NCBI GenBank assembly: GCA_937951485.1
Contig: CALEDJ010000004.1
Coordinates: forward strand, 13,582-77,581
Direction of reading: 5' to 3'
DNA from: an uncultured bacterium
GTDB lineage: Bacteria; Hydrogenedentota; Hydrogenedentia; Hydrogenedentales; CAILVY01
Length of the DNA: 64,000 nt
Part shown: piece by piece, positions 56,328-64,000 of the stretch
Layout: the number at the start of each line of letters is the position of its first letter
How positions within the stretch are numbered: the first letter of the stretch is position 1
Made by a program: the position numbers and the translations under genes
Notes under the pieces: model-generated
Told to the model about the DNA's origin: nothing
The model's database searches: none
Seen by the model: only the letters and a program-made list of their open reading frames with translations

Positions 56328-57812
56328 ATGCTGTATTACCTCGCGCTGACATTGAAACCATATATCGGCGCGATGAACGTACTCACCTATCACACCGTGC
56401 GCGCCGGCGGCGCGGCGATTACAGGATTCCTGTTCTGTCTGCTTTTCGGCCCCGCCATCATCCGCGTTCTGCGCGAGTTCAAGATCGGCCAGATCATCAA
56501 GAAGGACCACGTGGCCGACTTGCATGCCCTGCACAAAAGCAAGGCGGGCACGCCCACCATGGGCGGGACGATGATTCTGCTCTCGACGGTCTTGTCGCTG
56601 CTCTTGTGGGGTCGGTTGAACAACCGGCTCTTATGGTTGGCGATCATGGTGCTGCTGCTGCTCGGTGCGGTGGGATTCATTGACGATTACATCAAACTGA
56701 AGCGCAAACACAACGACGGACTCAGCGCGCGCGCCAAGTTCGCCGGTCAGATTATCACCGGACTGATCCTTGGCCTGTATCTGATCGGCAACCCAATCAC
56801 CGTAAGCGCCACCTACCTCTATCCCCGCGATGTCACGGACTGGCAGGCGCTCTCGAAAGCGTTCCTGACGGCAATTCAATCCGATGCCCCGTCGCCGGTG
56901 CGCGCGATTTGGCTGCACATGCCGCTTGAGGCGCGGCAGAAAACGGCCGAGGCCGCCCCGCACGCGGTGGAATCGCAGGAAGCGCGCCGGGAATTGCTGC
57001 AGGGGTTGAACAGCGTGCTGGGCCAACGCCGGCTTTATGACCCCAATCTGTGGCCGGACGAGATGCTGACGCCGGAAGCCCGGGCGCTGATCGCGCGAGA
57101 CCCGCAAACCCTGGGCGATCTGGAGGTGGTTCGTCTGGACCGCCTGCTGGTTGAGGCGGCGCTGCCGGAGGCCGTCGCCCACAGCGTGCCCAACCTCCAC
57201 ACCAAGGTGGGTATTCCCGGTTTCAAGGATACCTACCTCCCCCTGGGGCCGATCTACGTGTTGTTTGTTATCCTTATCATCGTGGCGGTGTCCAATGCGG
57301 TGAACCTCACCGACGGATTGGATGGCCTGGCGGGGGGCGCGTCGGTGATCTCCATCCTGACCTATGCAGGCATCGCCTACGTGGTGAGCCGCGCCGACTG
57401 GTCGCAGTATCTTTTTGTCACCTATGTGCCCGAAGCGAGCGAATTGTTCGTTTTTGGCGGGGTGCTGCTGGGTGCGGGCTTGGGTTTTCTGTGGTTCAAT
57501 GCGCATCCCGCGGAGATCTTCATGGGCGACACGGGATCGCTTTCACTGGGCGGTGCGATCGCGGCGCTGGCCATTCTCACCAAGCAGGAATTGCTGCTCC
57601 CGCTGGTGGCGGGGCTTTTCGCCTTGGAAGCCGCCAGTGTAGTGATTCAGGTGGCTTCTTTCAAACTGACGGGCAAACGGGTATTTCGCATGGCCCCCCT
57701 TCATCATCATTTTGAGTTGATGGGCTGGTCGGAAACCAAGGTGACCATGCGCTTCTGGATTATCGCGCTGCTTCTGGCGCTCATGAGTTTCAGCACGCTT
57801 AAACTCAGATGA
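56328..57812 (+). CDS. mraY: Phospho-N-acetylmuramoyl-pentapeptide transferase with ~134-aa insertion
   Basis: K.GTPTMGG, GFIDDY.K, SNAVNLTDGLDGLA, FMGDTGSL.LGG, FRMAPLHHHFE; start 56328 after AAAGGA. Confidence 0.96.
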   Translation: MLYYLALTLKPYIGAMNVLTYHTVRAGGAAITGFLFCLLFGPAIIRVLREFKIGQIIKKDHVADLHALHKSKAGTPTMGGTMILLSTVLSLLLWGRLNNRLLWLAIMVLLLLGAVGFIDDYIKLKRKHNDGLSARAKFAGQIITGLILGLYLIGNPITVSATYLYPRDVTDWQALSKAFLTAIQSDAPSPVRAIWLHMPLEARQKTAEAAPHAVESQEARRELLQGLNSVLGQRRLYDPNLWPDEMLTPEARALIARDPQTLGDLEVVRLDRLLVEAALPEAVAHSVPNLHTKVGIPGFKDTYLPLGPIYVLFVILIIVAVSNAVNLTDGLDGLAGGASVISILTYAGIAYVVSRADWSQYLFVTYVPEASELFVFGGVLLGAGLGFLWFNAHPAEIFMGDTGSLSLGGAIAALAILTKQELLLPLVAGLFALEAASVVIQVASFKLTGKRVFRMAPLHHHFELMGWSETKVTMRFWIIALLLALMSFSTLKLR

Positions 57813-57827
57813 AACAGGCGGGGACAG

Positions 57828-59189
57828 GTGGAACTTCGCGGAAAAGACGTCGTGATCGCGGGCATGGGGCGCTCGGCGGTGGGCGCGGCAAAACTGTTGC
57901 AGGCGCGCGGCGCGCGCCCTTTTGTGAGCGACAGCAATCATGGGCCGTTTCTGGATGCCCATCGCGCCGCGCTGGATGCCTTGGGCGTCGCCTATGAATG
58001 CGGCGGCCACACCATGAGCCGCTTCGAGGAGGCGGATCTCGTGGTGCTCAGCCCCGGCGTGCCCCCCGCGATTGCACCCGTGGCGCAGGCGCGCGCGCGC
58101 GCCGTGCCGGTCCTGGGGGAACTGGAACTGGCCTGGCGGTTCTGCCAGTCATGTGTGATTGCGGTGACCGGCACCAACGGCAAGACCACAACGACGGAAC
58201 TGCTGTACGCCATGGTCGCCGCCTGCGGGCGCAGCGTGGCGCTGGCTGGAAACAACGACACGCCCCTGTCGCTGGCGGTGTTGGAGACCCCCCCCCCGGA
58301 ATTCATTGTCCTGGAAGTCAGCAGTTATCAACTGGAAAGCGTTGAGATGTTTCACCCGTGGATTGCGGCGGTGCTGAATCTCACCCCGGATCACTTGGGT
58401 CGTCATGGCACGATGGATGAATACGCCGCGATGAAAGCGCGGATTTTCGCTCGCCAGACAAGCGGCGATATTGCTGTTGTGAACCGGGACGATCCCTGGA
58501 CGACGGCGATGCCTGTCCCACCGGGTGTGCGGCGCATGGGGTTCAGCCTGACGGAGCGTATTACAGACGGCTGTTGGACGGACGGCGCAAACATATGCCA
58601 TGGCGACGAAAGAGTGGCGGCGCTTGCCGATAATCCGTTGCCGGGACGACACAATCTGGCCAATGTGCTTGCGGCGTTGACGATGATGCGTGCGGGCGGT
58701 TTCGATTGGAAAGGAGTACTGACAGGGTTGCGTCAGTTCCGGGGGGTGGAGCATCGCATTGAGCATGTGCTCACGCGCGATGGCGTGGACTACTACAACG
58801 ATTCCAAGTCCACGAATGTGGACAGTCTTCGGGTCGCGCTGGAGAGTTTCGACCGGCCTGTCGTGCTGATTGCCGGCGGACGGGGCAAAGGCGCGGATTA
58901 CCGCGTACTGCGGCCCCTGATCATGCGCAAGGTGAAACATATGGTCACGCTGGGTGAAGATGCGCCGTTGCTCGAAGCGGCCTTCAGCGACCTTGTGCCC
59001 GCCCTACGCGCCGAAAGCATGGCTGAGGCGGTGGCGCGCGCGCGCGCGGCGGCTTCTCCCGGCGACGTGGTGTTGCTCTCGCCGGCCTGCGCCAGTTTCG
59101 ATATGTACGCCAATTTTGAGGAACGCGGCCGCGATTTCAAGCAGTGTGTAAGAACCCTGCTCGCGGCAAGAAGGGAAGTGTCAGCATGA
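57828..59189 (+). CDS. murD: UDP-MurNAc-L-Ala--D-Glu ligase
   Basis: SPGV, AVTGTNGKTTT, LEVSSYQLE, NLTPDHL.RH, HRIE, YNDSKSTN, SPACASFD...NFEERG. Confidence 0.97.
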   Translation: MELRGKDVVIAGMGRSAVGAAKLLQARGARPFVSDSNHGPFLDAHRAALDALGVAYECGGHTMSRFEEADLVVLSPGVPPAIAPVAQARARAVPVLGELELAWRFCQSCVIAVTGTNGKTTTTELLYAMVAACGRSVALAGNNDTPLSLAVLETPPPEFIVLEVSSYQLESVEMFHPWIAAVLNLTPDHLGRHGTMDEYAAMKARIFARQTSGDIAVVNRDDPWTTAMPVPPGVRRMGFSLTERITDGCWTDGANICHGDERVAALADNPLPGRHNLANVLAALTMMRAGGFDWKGVLTGLRQFRGVEHRIEHVLTRDGVDYYNDSKSTNVDSLRVALESFDRPVVLIAGGRGKGADYRVLRPLIMRKVKHMVTLGEDAPLLEAAFSDLVPALRAESMAEAVARARAAASPGDVVLLSPACASFDMYANFEERGRDFKQCVRTLLAARREVSA

Positions 59190-60298
59190 AATACGACACA
59201 TGCGCCCTGATGCTTGCTGTCCTGGCGCTCGTGCTGCTGGGCGTGCTGATGGTGTTCAGCGCGAGCGCCGTCGGAGGCGCCTCCGGCGGACTGCTGAACC
59301 GGCAAATTGCTTTTGCCACGGCGGGACTCGCCGCGCTGCTGCTGTTGTCGCGTTTCGATTACCACCGGTTTGCGGACCCTGTTGTGTATGTCACGCTCGT
59401 AGTATTCTCTTTTGCGCTGTTGTGCCTGGTGCTGGTGCCGGGGTTGGGGGTAGAAGTGGACGGCGCGCGCCGGTGGCTGCAAATCAAGTGGTTCCGATTT
59501 CAGCCTTCGGAACTGGCGAAATTCGCCCTGATAGTGCATCTCGCGGTGAAAATGACCGAAAACAGCGACGAAATCCGGCGTTTCTGGCGTGGTTTCATGC
59601 CGCCTATTGCCATTGCAGGTTCTTTTTCGGCGCTGGTGTTGCTGGAACGCGATCTCGGTGTGCCCGCGATGATGATGGCCACGGCATGGCTGATGATGTG
59701 CGTGGCCGGCGTGCGATGGCGGTATTTGCTCCTCAGTGCGGCGCCGATTGCGGCGCTGGGCGGCCTGTTGGTCGTCTTTGCGCCGCACCGCCTGATCCGC
59801 CTGCTGGCCTTCATCAATCCGTGGGAGTACCGCAGCGGGGCGGGATGGCAACTGATCCAGTCCTATTCGGCGTTTGCGCGGGGCGGCGTGTGGGGACAGG
59901 GCATGGGCGCGGGCGAACAGAAATTGGGCTATCTGCCCGCGGCCCACACCGATTTTATTTTCCCGGTCGTGGGCGAGGAATTGGGGTTGGTCGGCACCCT
60001 CTCCGTCGTGGCGCTCTTTGTTCTGCTGACTTGGATGTCGTACAGGATCGCCGTCAACGCCATGGATCATTTCGGAGCGTTGCTTGCCGCCGGCATCGGC
60101 ATCATGATCTCGTTTCAGGCCGCGTTCATTATGGCGGTGACCACGGGTCTCCTGCCCACCAAGGGGTTGCCGCTGCCGTTCATCAGTTATGGCGGCACCT
60201 CGCTCATCATATTCATGGGGATGGTCGGTGTGCTCATGAACATCGGGGCGCATGCCGTCGCCGCGGGCGCCCGCAAACCCCTGATGGCGACATCCTGA
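59186..60298 (+). CDS. ftsW: SEDS family peptidoglycan polymerase FtsW
   Basis: GARRW, FQPSELAK, GG..G.G.G...QK..YLP.AHTDFIF....EE.G, LPTKG.PLPFISYGG. Confidence 0.93.
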   Translation: MKYDTCALMLAVLALVLLGVLMVFSASAVGGASGGLLNRQIAFATAGLAALLLLSRFDYHRFADPVVYVTLVVFSFALLCLVLVPGLGVEVDGARRWLQIKWFRFQPSELAKFALIVHLAVKMTENSDEIRRFWRGFMPPIAIAGSFSALVLLERDLGVPAMMMATAWLMMCVAGVRWRYLLLSAAPIAALGGLLVVFAPHRLIRLLAFINPWEYRSGAGWQLIQSYSAFARGGVWGQGMGAGEQKLGYLPAAHTDFIFPVVGEELGLVGTLSVVALFVLLTWMSYRIAVNAMDHFGALLAAGIGIMISFQAAFIMAVTTGLLPTKGLPLPFISYGGTSLIIFMGMVGVLMNIGAHAVAAGARKPLMATS

Positions 60299-60407
60299 AG
60301 GGCATCCGAAACGATTGCCGGTACAGCCGGATTCCATCCTGGCGGGACAGTGCATCGGACCGTCCGGCGGCAAGGGAAAAGGGGGATCCAGCGGGATGCT
60401 GAAAGAT

Positions 60408-61073
60408 TTATCCCGAAGCCTGGCGCACGGGCACGATGAAATAGAGGATGGCGACAAAGTGTGTGATACTGCCGGCGAGCACAAAAAGGTGCCATATGGC
60501 ATGATGGTACGGCAGGCGTTGCCAGGCATAGAAGATTATGCCGGCAGTGTATGCGACCCCGCCAACGGCCATGAGCGCCAGCGCGGCAGGCGGCACCATC
60601 GCAAGCGCAGGCTTGATCGTCGCGATTACAGCCCAACCCATGGCTACATAGAGTACGACTGACAGGGTCTCCCAGCGTTCCATGCACAACACCTTGAGCA
60701 GGCACCCCGCTGCCGCCAATCCCCACAACACGCCGAAAAGAGACCATCCGATCGGACCCCGCATGGATACAAGCAGAAAGGGGGTATAGGTGCCGGCGAT
60801 GAGCAGATAGATGGCGCAATGATCGAAAATCCGCATCACCCGCTTTGCCTTTGGGTGCGGAATGGCATGATAAAGCGTCGAACTCACGTACACAGCCATA
60901 AGCGTTGCGCCGAAAATGCCGACGCTCACGATGCGCCACGGATCGCCGCCGATAGAGGCCAAGACAACCATCAATGTCAATGCGATGACACTCAGGATCA
61001 CGCCTACTGCATGTGTGCTTGCGTTGGCGATTTCCTCGCCCGGGGTATACTTGAATTCCCGAATACTTTTCAT
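60408..61073 (-). CDS. Hemolysin III / PAQR family membrane protein
   Basis: EEIANASTH, SSTLYH, DHCAIYLLIAGTYTP, HAIWHLFVLAG. Confidence 0.93.
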   Translation of the reverse strand: MKSIREFKYTPGEEIANASTHAVGVILSVIALTLMVVLASIGGDPWRIVSVGIFGATLMAVYVSSTLYHAIPHPKAKRVMRIFDHCAIYLLIAGTYTPFLLVSMRGPIGWSLFGVLWGLAAAGCLLKVLCMERWETLSVVLYVAMGWAVIATIKPALAMVPPAALALMAVGGVAYTAGIIFYAWQRLPYHHAIWHLFVLAGSITHFVAILYFIVPVRQASG

Positions 61074-61467
61074 GACTTTCTTCAAGGGTTGTCGCTGATA
61101 TCCCATAAACAATCCCGCAACGGACCTTATGCCCGATGCGAGTAATCGGCGCGCAGTCTATCACATCCGCATCCACTAAGAAAGTTTATCTCCTGTTTTT
61201 TGTGAATCGCCGCCGAAGACGGTGGGGGACTCGCAATGAGGTGCTATCCGAAGTGGTTGGTTCGGTCGGCTAAGACTTTACCGATATGATTCTTCCCCCG
61301 CGCACACGAAAAACGCTCGCGGCGGATATTCGGGATTTTTTGGGGTGCGGATATCAAGAATATCCTTTTCGCGACTGCCCCACACGAGTGAGTGGTTTGA
61401 CTGATGAGTCGTGAATTTCGTATATTGGTTCGCGTGAGGAGATGTCATTGATTCCAATGAGCAGGAG

Positions 61468-62769
61468 ATGCTGGCAGTGTCTCAAGTGGCGAGGGATTCC
61501 AAACGCGAGCGCCTGGACGATTACAGCCGGGCAGCGGTGCTTGTAGCGGATGATCAGGAGAGCATCACGCTTCTGGCGGAGCAGGTGGTGCACGCCCGGA
61601 TCGGCTGTACGGTGTATACCGCACACACCGGTGATGAGGCAGTGGCGCAACTTGAAAAAACGCCGATTGACGTGTTTGTGACGGATATGCGCATGCCGGG
61701 AATGCACGGCCTGGAACTCATCCGACATGTGCGCTCGCGTTTCCCGGAGACGGGTATCATTGTCATCACGGGCTATCCTGAGGATTTCCCCTATGTAGAT
61801 GTCGTGAATGCGGGCGCGGACGATTTCATACGCAAACCTTTTCCTCACGGCGAGTTGGAAGCGAAATTGATTCGTCTGCTGCGCGAACGGCAGGCGGTGC
61901 GCGAACGCGCCTTTGCAGAGAGCAAATACCGCAGTTTATTTGAACTCAGCGCAGAGGGCATGGTCCTTCTTGACGGGGAAAGTCATGTTATCCTCGATGC
62001 AAACCGGGCATTCCACGCCGTGTTGGGCGTCGAGGCGGGGATGCTTCAGGGCAAGGCGCTTGGGGATCTCCTGGCGGCCTCGGACAGAATGCGCATGGAA
62101 CAATGGCTATTGGTCTGTTCGCGACGCGGCGGCGGCACCATTGCTGATATTGCACTTGCGCCGGAACCCGGTGCGCCGGAAATGCGAATGGACATCACCG
62201 CGTCCTTCATTGACGCCGATATAGGGCATATTGTTTTTCTCACCTTCAAGGATGTGACCGAAAAGCGGAAGGTGGAACAACAATTGGCCGATGCGGCCCA
62301 GCGTGATTCACTGACCGGACTTTTCAACAAGCGTGCTTTCGAGAACCGGATCGCCGGGGCACTGGTCCGCGCTGAAAAAGCAAATAAACCGGTCTGCCTG
62401 CTGATGATTGATCTGGACCATTTCAAGCAGTGCAACGACACGCTCGGGCATCAGGCAGGTGATCGGCTGCTGGCCGAACTGGGGCAAGTCATCCGCAAGA
62501 GCATTCGGGAATCCATGCACGACGAGGGGTTTCGTTACGGAGGAGACGAATTCAGCGTCATTCTGCAAGAAACCACTCTGGACGGCGGCGTGCTGGTCGC
62601 GCAGCGATTGCAAAGCGAGTACGACCATGTCGAACGGCATGGAACAACGTTGAGTATCGGCATTGCCGAATGTCGGGGCGAACTGACCCCGGATGCATTT
62701 GTCCGCAAGGCGGATGCCGCGCTTTATCTGGCCAAAAATTCCGGCAGAAACGCCATCCGCACGGCATGA
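61468..62769 (+). CDS. REC-PAS-GGDEF diguanylate cyclase
   Basis: VADD, TDMRMPG, FIRKP; PAS; DSLTGLFN, DLDHFK..ND..GH..GD, RYGGDEF. Confidence 0.93.
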   Translation: MLAVSQVARDSKRERLDDYSRAAVLVADDQESITLLAEQVVHARIGCTVYTAHTGDEAVAQLEKTPIDVFVTDMRMPGMHGLELIRHVRSRFPETGIIVITGYPEDFPYVDVVNAGADDFIRKPFPHGELEAKLIRLLRERQAVRERAFAESKYRSLFELSAEGMVLLDGESHVILDANRAFHAVLGVEAGMLQGKALGDLLAASDRMRMEQWLLVCSRRGGGTIADIALAPEPGAPEMRMDITASFIDADIGHIVFLTFKDVTEKRKVEQQLADAAQRDSLTGLFNKRAFENRIAGALVRAEKANKPVCLLMIDLDHFKQCNDTLGHQAGDRLLAELGQVIRKSIRESMHDEGFRYGGDEFSVILQETTLDGGVLVAQRLQSEYDHVERHGTTLSIGIAECRGELTPDAFVRKADAALYLAKNSGRNAIRTA

Positions 62770-62955
62770 TCGCCATCGTATCAGGGGCGGCCCGGGCGTA
62801 AATCCGTCGGATTGTCCAGCGACTGTGGGGGGAGCAACTGAGGAAGAGAAGGGGGGCAGCGTCGGACGAGTCGGACTGGCGGGTTCCAGACCTGGCGATT
62901 GCGTTATGTTTGTGAGCGGGATGCCAAGGCAGGGTTCGCGGACGGGACGGCCGCG

Positions 62956-63951
62956 CTACGTTTGAGACAGCACCGCAGCGATGGCGTCCAATCCCACCTC
63001 ATGCAGATGTCCGTTGGACGCAAACACGCCGGTATTGGCGGACAGGGTTCGTCCGCGTGAGAAATCCAGCGGTTTGCCCTGCAAATCCGTAATCCTCCCG
63101 CCCGCTTCTTCCAGGATAATGGCGCCTGCCGCCTGGTCCCAGATTTTCTCCTTGTAATCCGGCGCGTTGGGAGAAAGCATGCGAAAAAGCATTTCGCCGC
63201 CGCCCGCCGCCAGCACGGCATACTTTGCCTGGCTGTCCATCAACACCGGTTCCGTCGTGACGCCAAGCCTGGTGCACACTGCTTCGATCTGGTCTGTATT
63301 CGTATGGCCGGACTCATAGGACCGAAGGATGCGCGCCTGTGCAGGGTTCACGCAGTCCGACACGCGCAGCGGCTGAAGCGGCGCAACGGTGCCTAGGGAC
63401 GTCCGCCAAGCGCCTTCGCCACGCCGGGCAACGGCCAGCACTCCCGGGCCGCTGATTTCCGGCAGGCACTGGTCGCCCAGATTCGGACACCCCAGCACGC
63501 CCAGCACGACTGCGCCATTCTCTACCAGCGCCAGCGCGACGGCATACTGTCCGCCGCGCAGATAACCTTTTGTGCCGTCAACCGGGTCCAGGGTCCAGAA
63601 ACGGCTGCCAGGGTCGCCAGCGCCGTGGTCAATCCATGCGCATACTTTCTCCGGCGTGGCGTCATCCACCGATTGACGCAGAAAATCGGTCACCAGTTCC
63701 AGCATTTGCGCGCCCTCCGGATGCCGCAGCATCTCCGACCGCTCCTCTGCGACAAGCGTCGTCTCCGAAAAGCGCGCGCCGATCTCCCGCCCTACGTATG
63801 CCTGAACACAGAAATCCGCGACAGTCACCGGCGAGAGGTCGCTTTTCGCCATGCCGCGCACCATCATACCGCGTTGTATCCGCCGGCAAATCGCCGACGC
63901 CTCGCGCACCACAGAAAGCGCAAATGCCGGTTCCGGTCGGAAAAAATCCAT
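62956..63951 (-). CDS. 3'(2'),5'-bisphosphate nucleotidase, HAL2/SAL1-like (inositol monophosphatase superfamily)
   Basis: K.D.SPVTVADF, AEE, WTLDPVDGTKG..RG.QYAVALAL, DSQAKY, EKIWDQAAG....EEAGG..TD. Confidence 0.92.
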   Translation of the reverse strand: MDFFRPEPAFALSVVREASAICRRIQRGMMVRGMAKSDLSPVTVADFCVQAYVGREIGARFSETTLVAEERSEMLRHPEGAQMLELVTDFLRQSVDDATPEKVCAWIDHGAGDPGSRFWTLDPVDGTKGYLRGGQYAVALALVENGAVVLGVLGCPNLGDQCLPEISGPGVLAVARRGEGAWRTSLGTVAPLQPLRVSDCVNPAQARILRSYESGHTNTDQIEAVCTRLGVTTEPVLMDSQAKYAVLAAGGGEMLFRMLSPNAPDYKEKIWDQAAGAIILEEAGGRITDLQGKPLDFSRGRTLSANTGVFASNGHLHEVGLDAIAAVLSQT

Positions 63952-64000
63952 CGTTCCATGCTCCTTTAAGGGTCAATTTGTGGGTTAGAGTGCACCGGGC

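Noticed and set aside
56263-56349. 28-aa Arg-rich ORF (MTRRHYYILRRSHAARRRKDNPCCITSR) overlapping the murF stop and mraY start
   Set aside because: Could aid translational coupling, but mraY has its own SD and short ORFs like this arise by chance; no support.
59200-60529. 400-aa (+) and 543-aa (-) ORFs over ftsW
   Set aside because: Off-frame or antisense to ftsW, with no recognisable domain.
61113-61467. c-di-GMP riboswitch upstream of the cyclase
   Set aside because: No class I or class II consensus recognisable by eye; an Rfam scan would be needed.

Overview
64 kb of a GC-rich bacterial chromosome. The gene style suggests Candidatus Hydrogenedentota or a similar poorly sampled lineage, which is an unverified inference. 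The window is mostly core genes: ispG, glgC, aroE, tRNA-Val(CAC), an MscK-like channel, transporters, signalling proteins and the first half of the dcw cluster (mraZ-STAS-rsmH-ftsL-ftsI-murE-murF-mraY-murD-ftsW). There is no integrase, transposase, prophage or CRISPR array. The strongest leads are: (1) a stand-alone ABC-type ATPase plus MAD4-like pair (the mad3-mad4 part of the MADS defence system, without its methylase or other partners) behind ispG, with a TGA where a C-terminal Trp is expected; (2) a STAS gene overlapping mraZ inside the dcw operon whose phosphoacceptor Ser is replaced by Tyr; (3) a MraY with a ~134-aa insertion and an FtsL with a long tail; (4) a PTS-EIIA::C4 zinc-ribbon fusion next to a free cNMP-binding protein; (5) a DUF2442-DUF4160 toxin-antitoxin pair whose DUF4160 gene is frameshifted at an (AT)n run; (6) tandem HIT paralogues; (7) several families of dispersed palindromic or short tandem repeats that look like footprints of small selfish elements. 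All family assignments come from motif recognition by eye; no database search was run.
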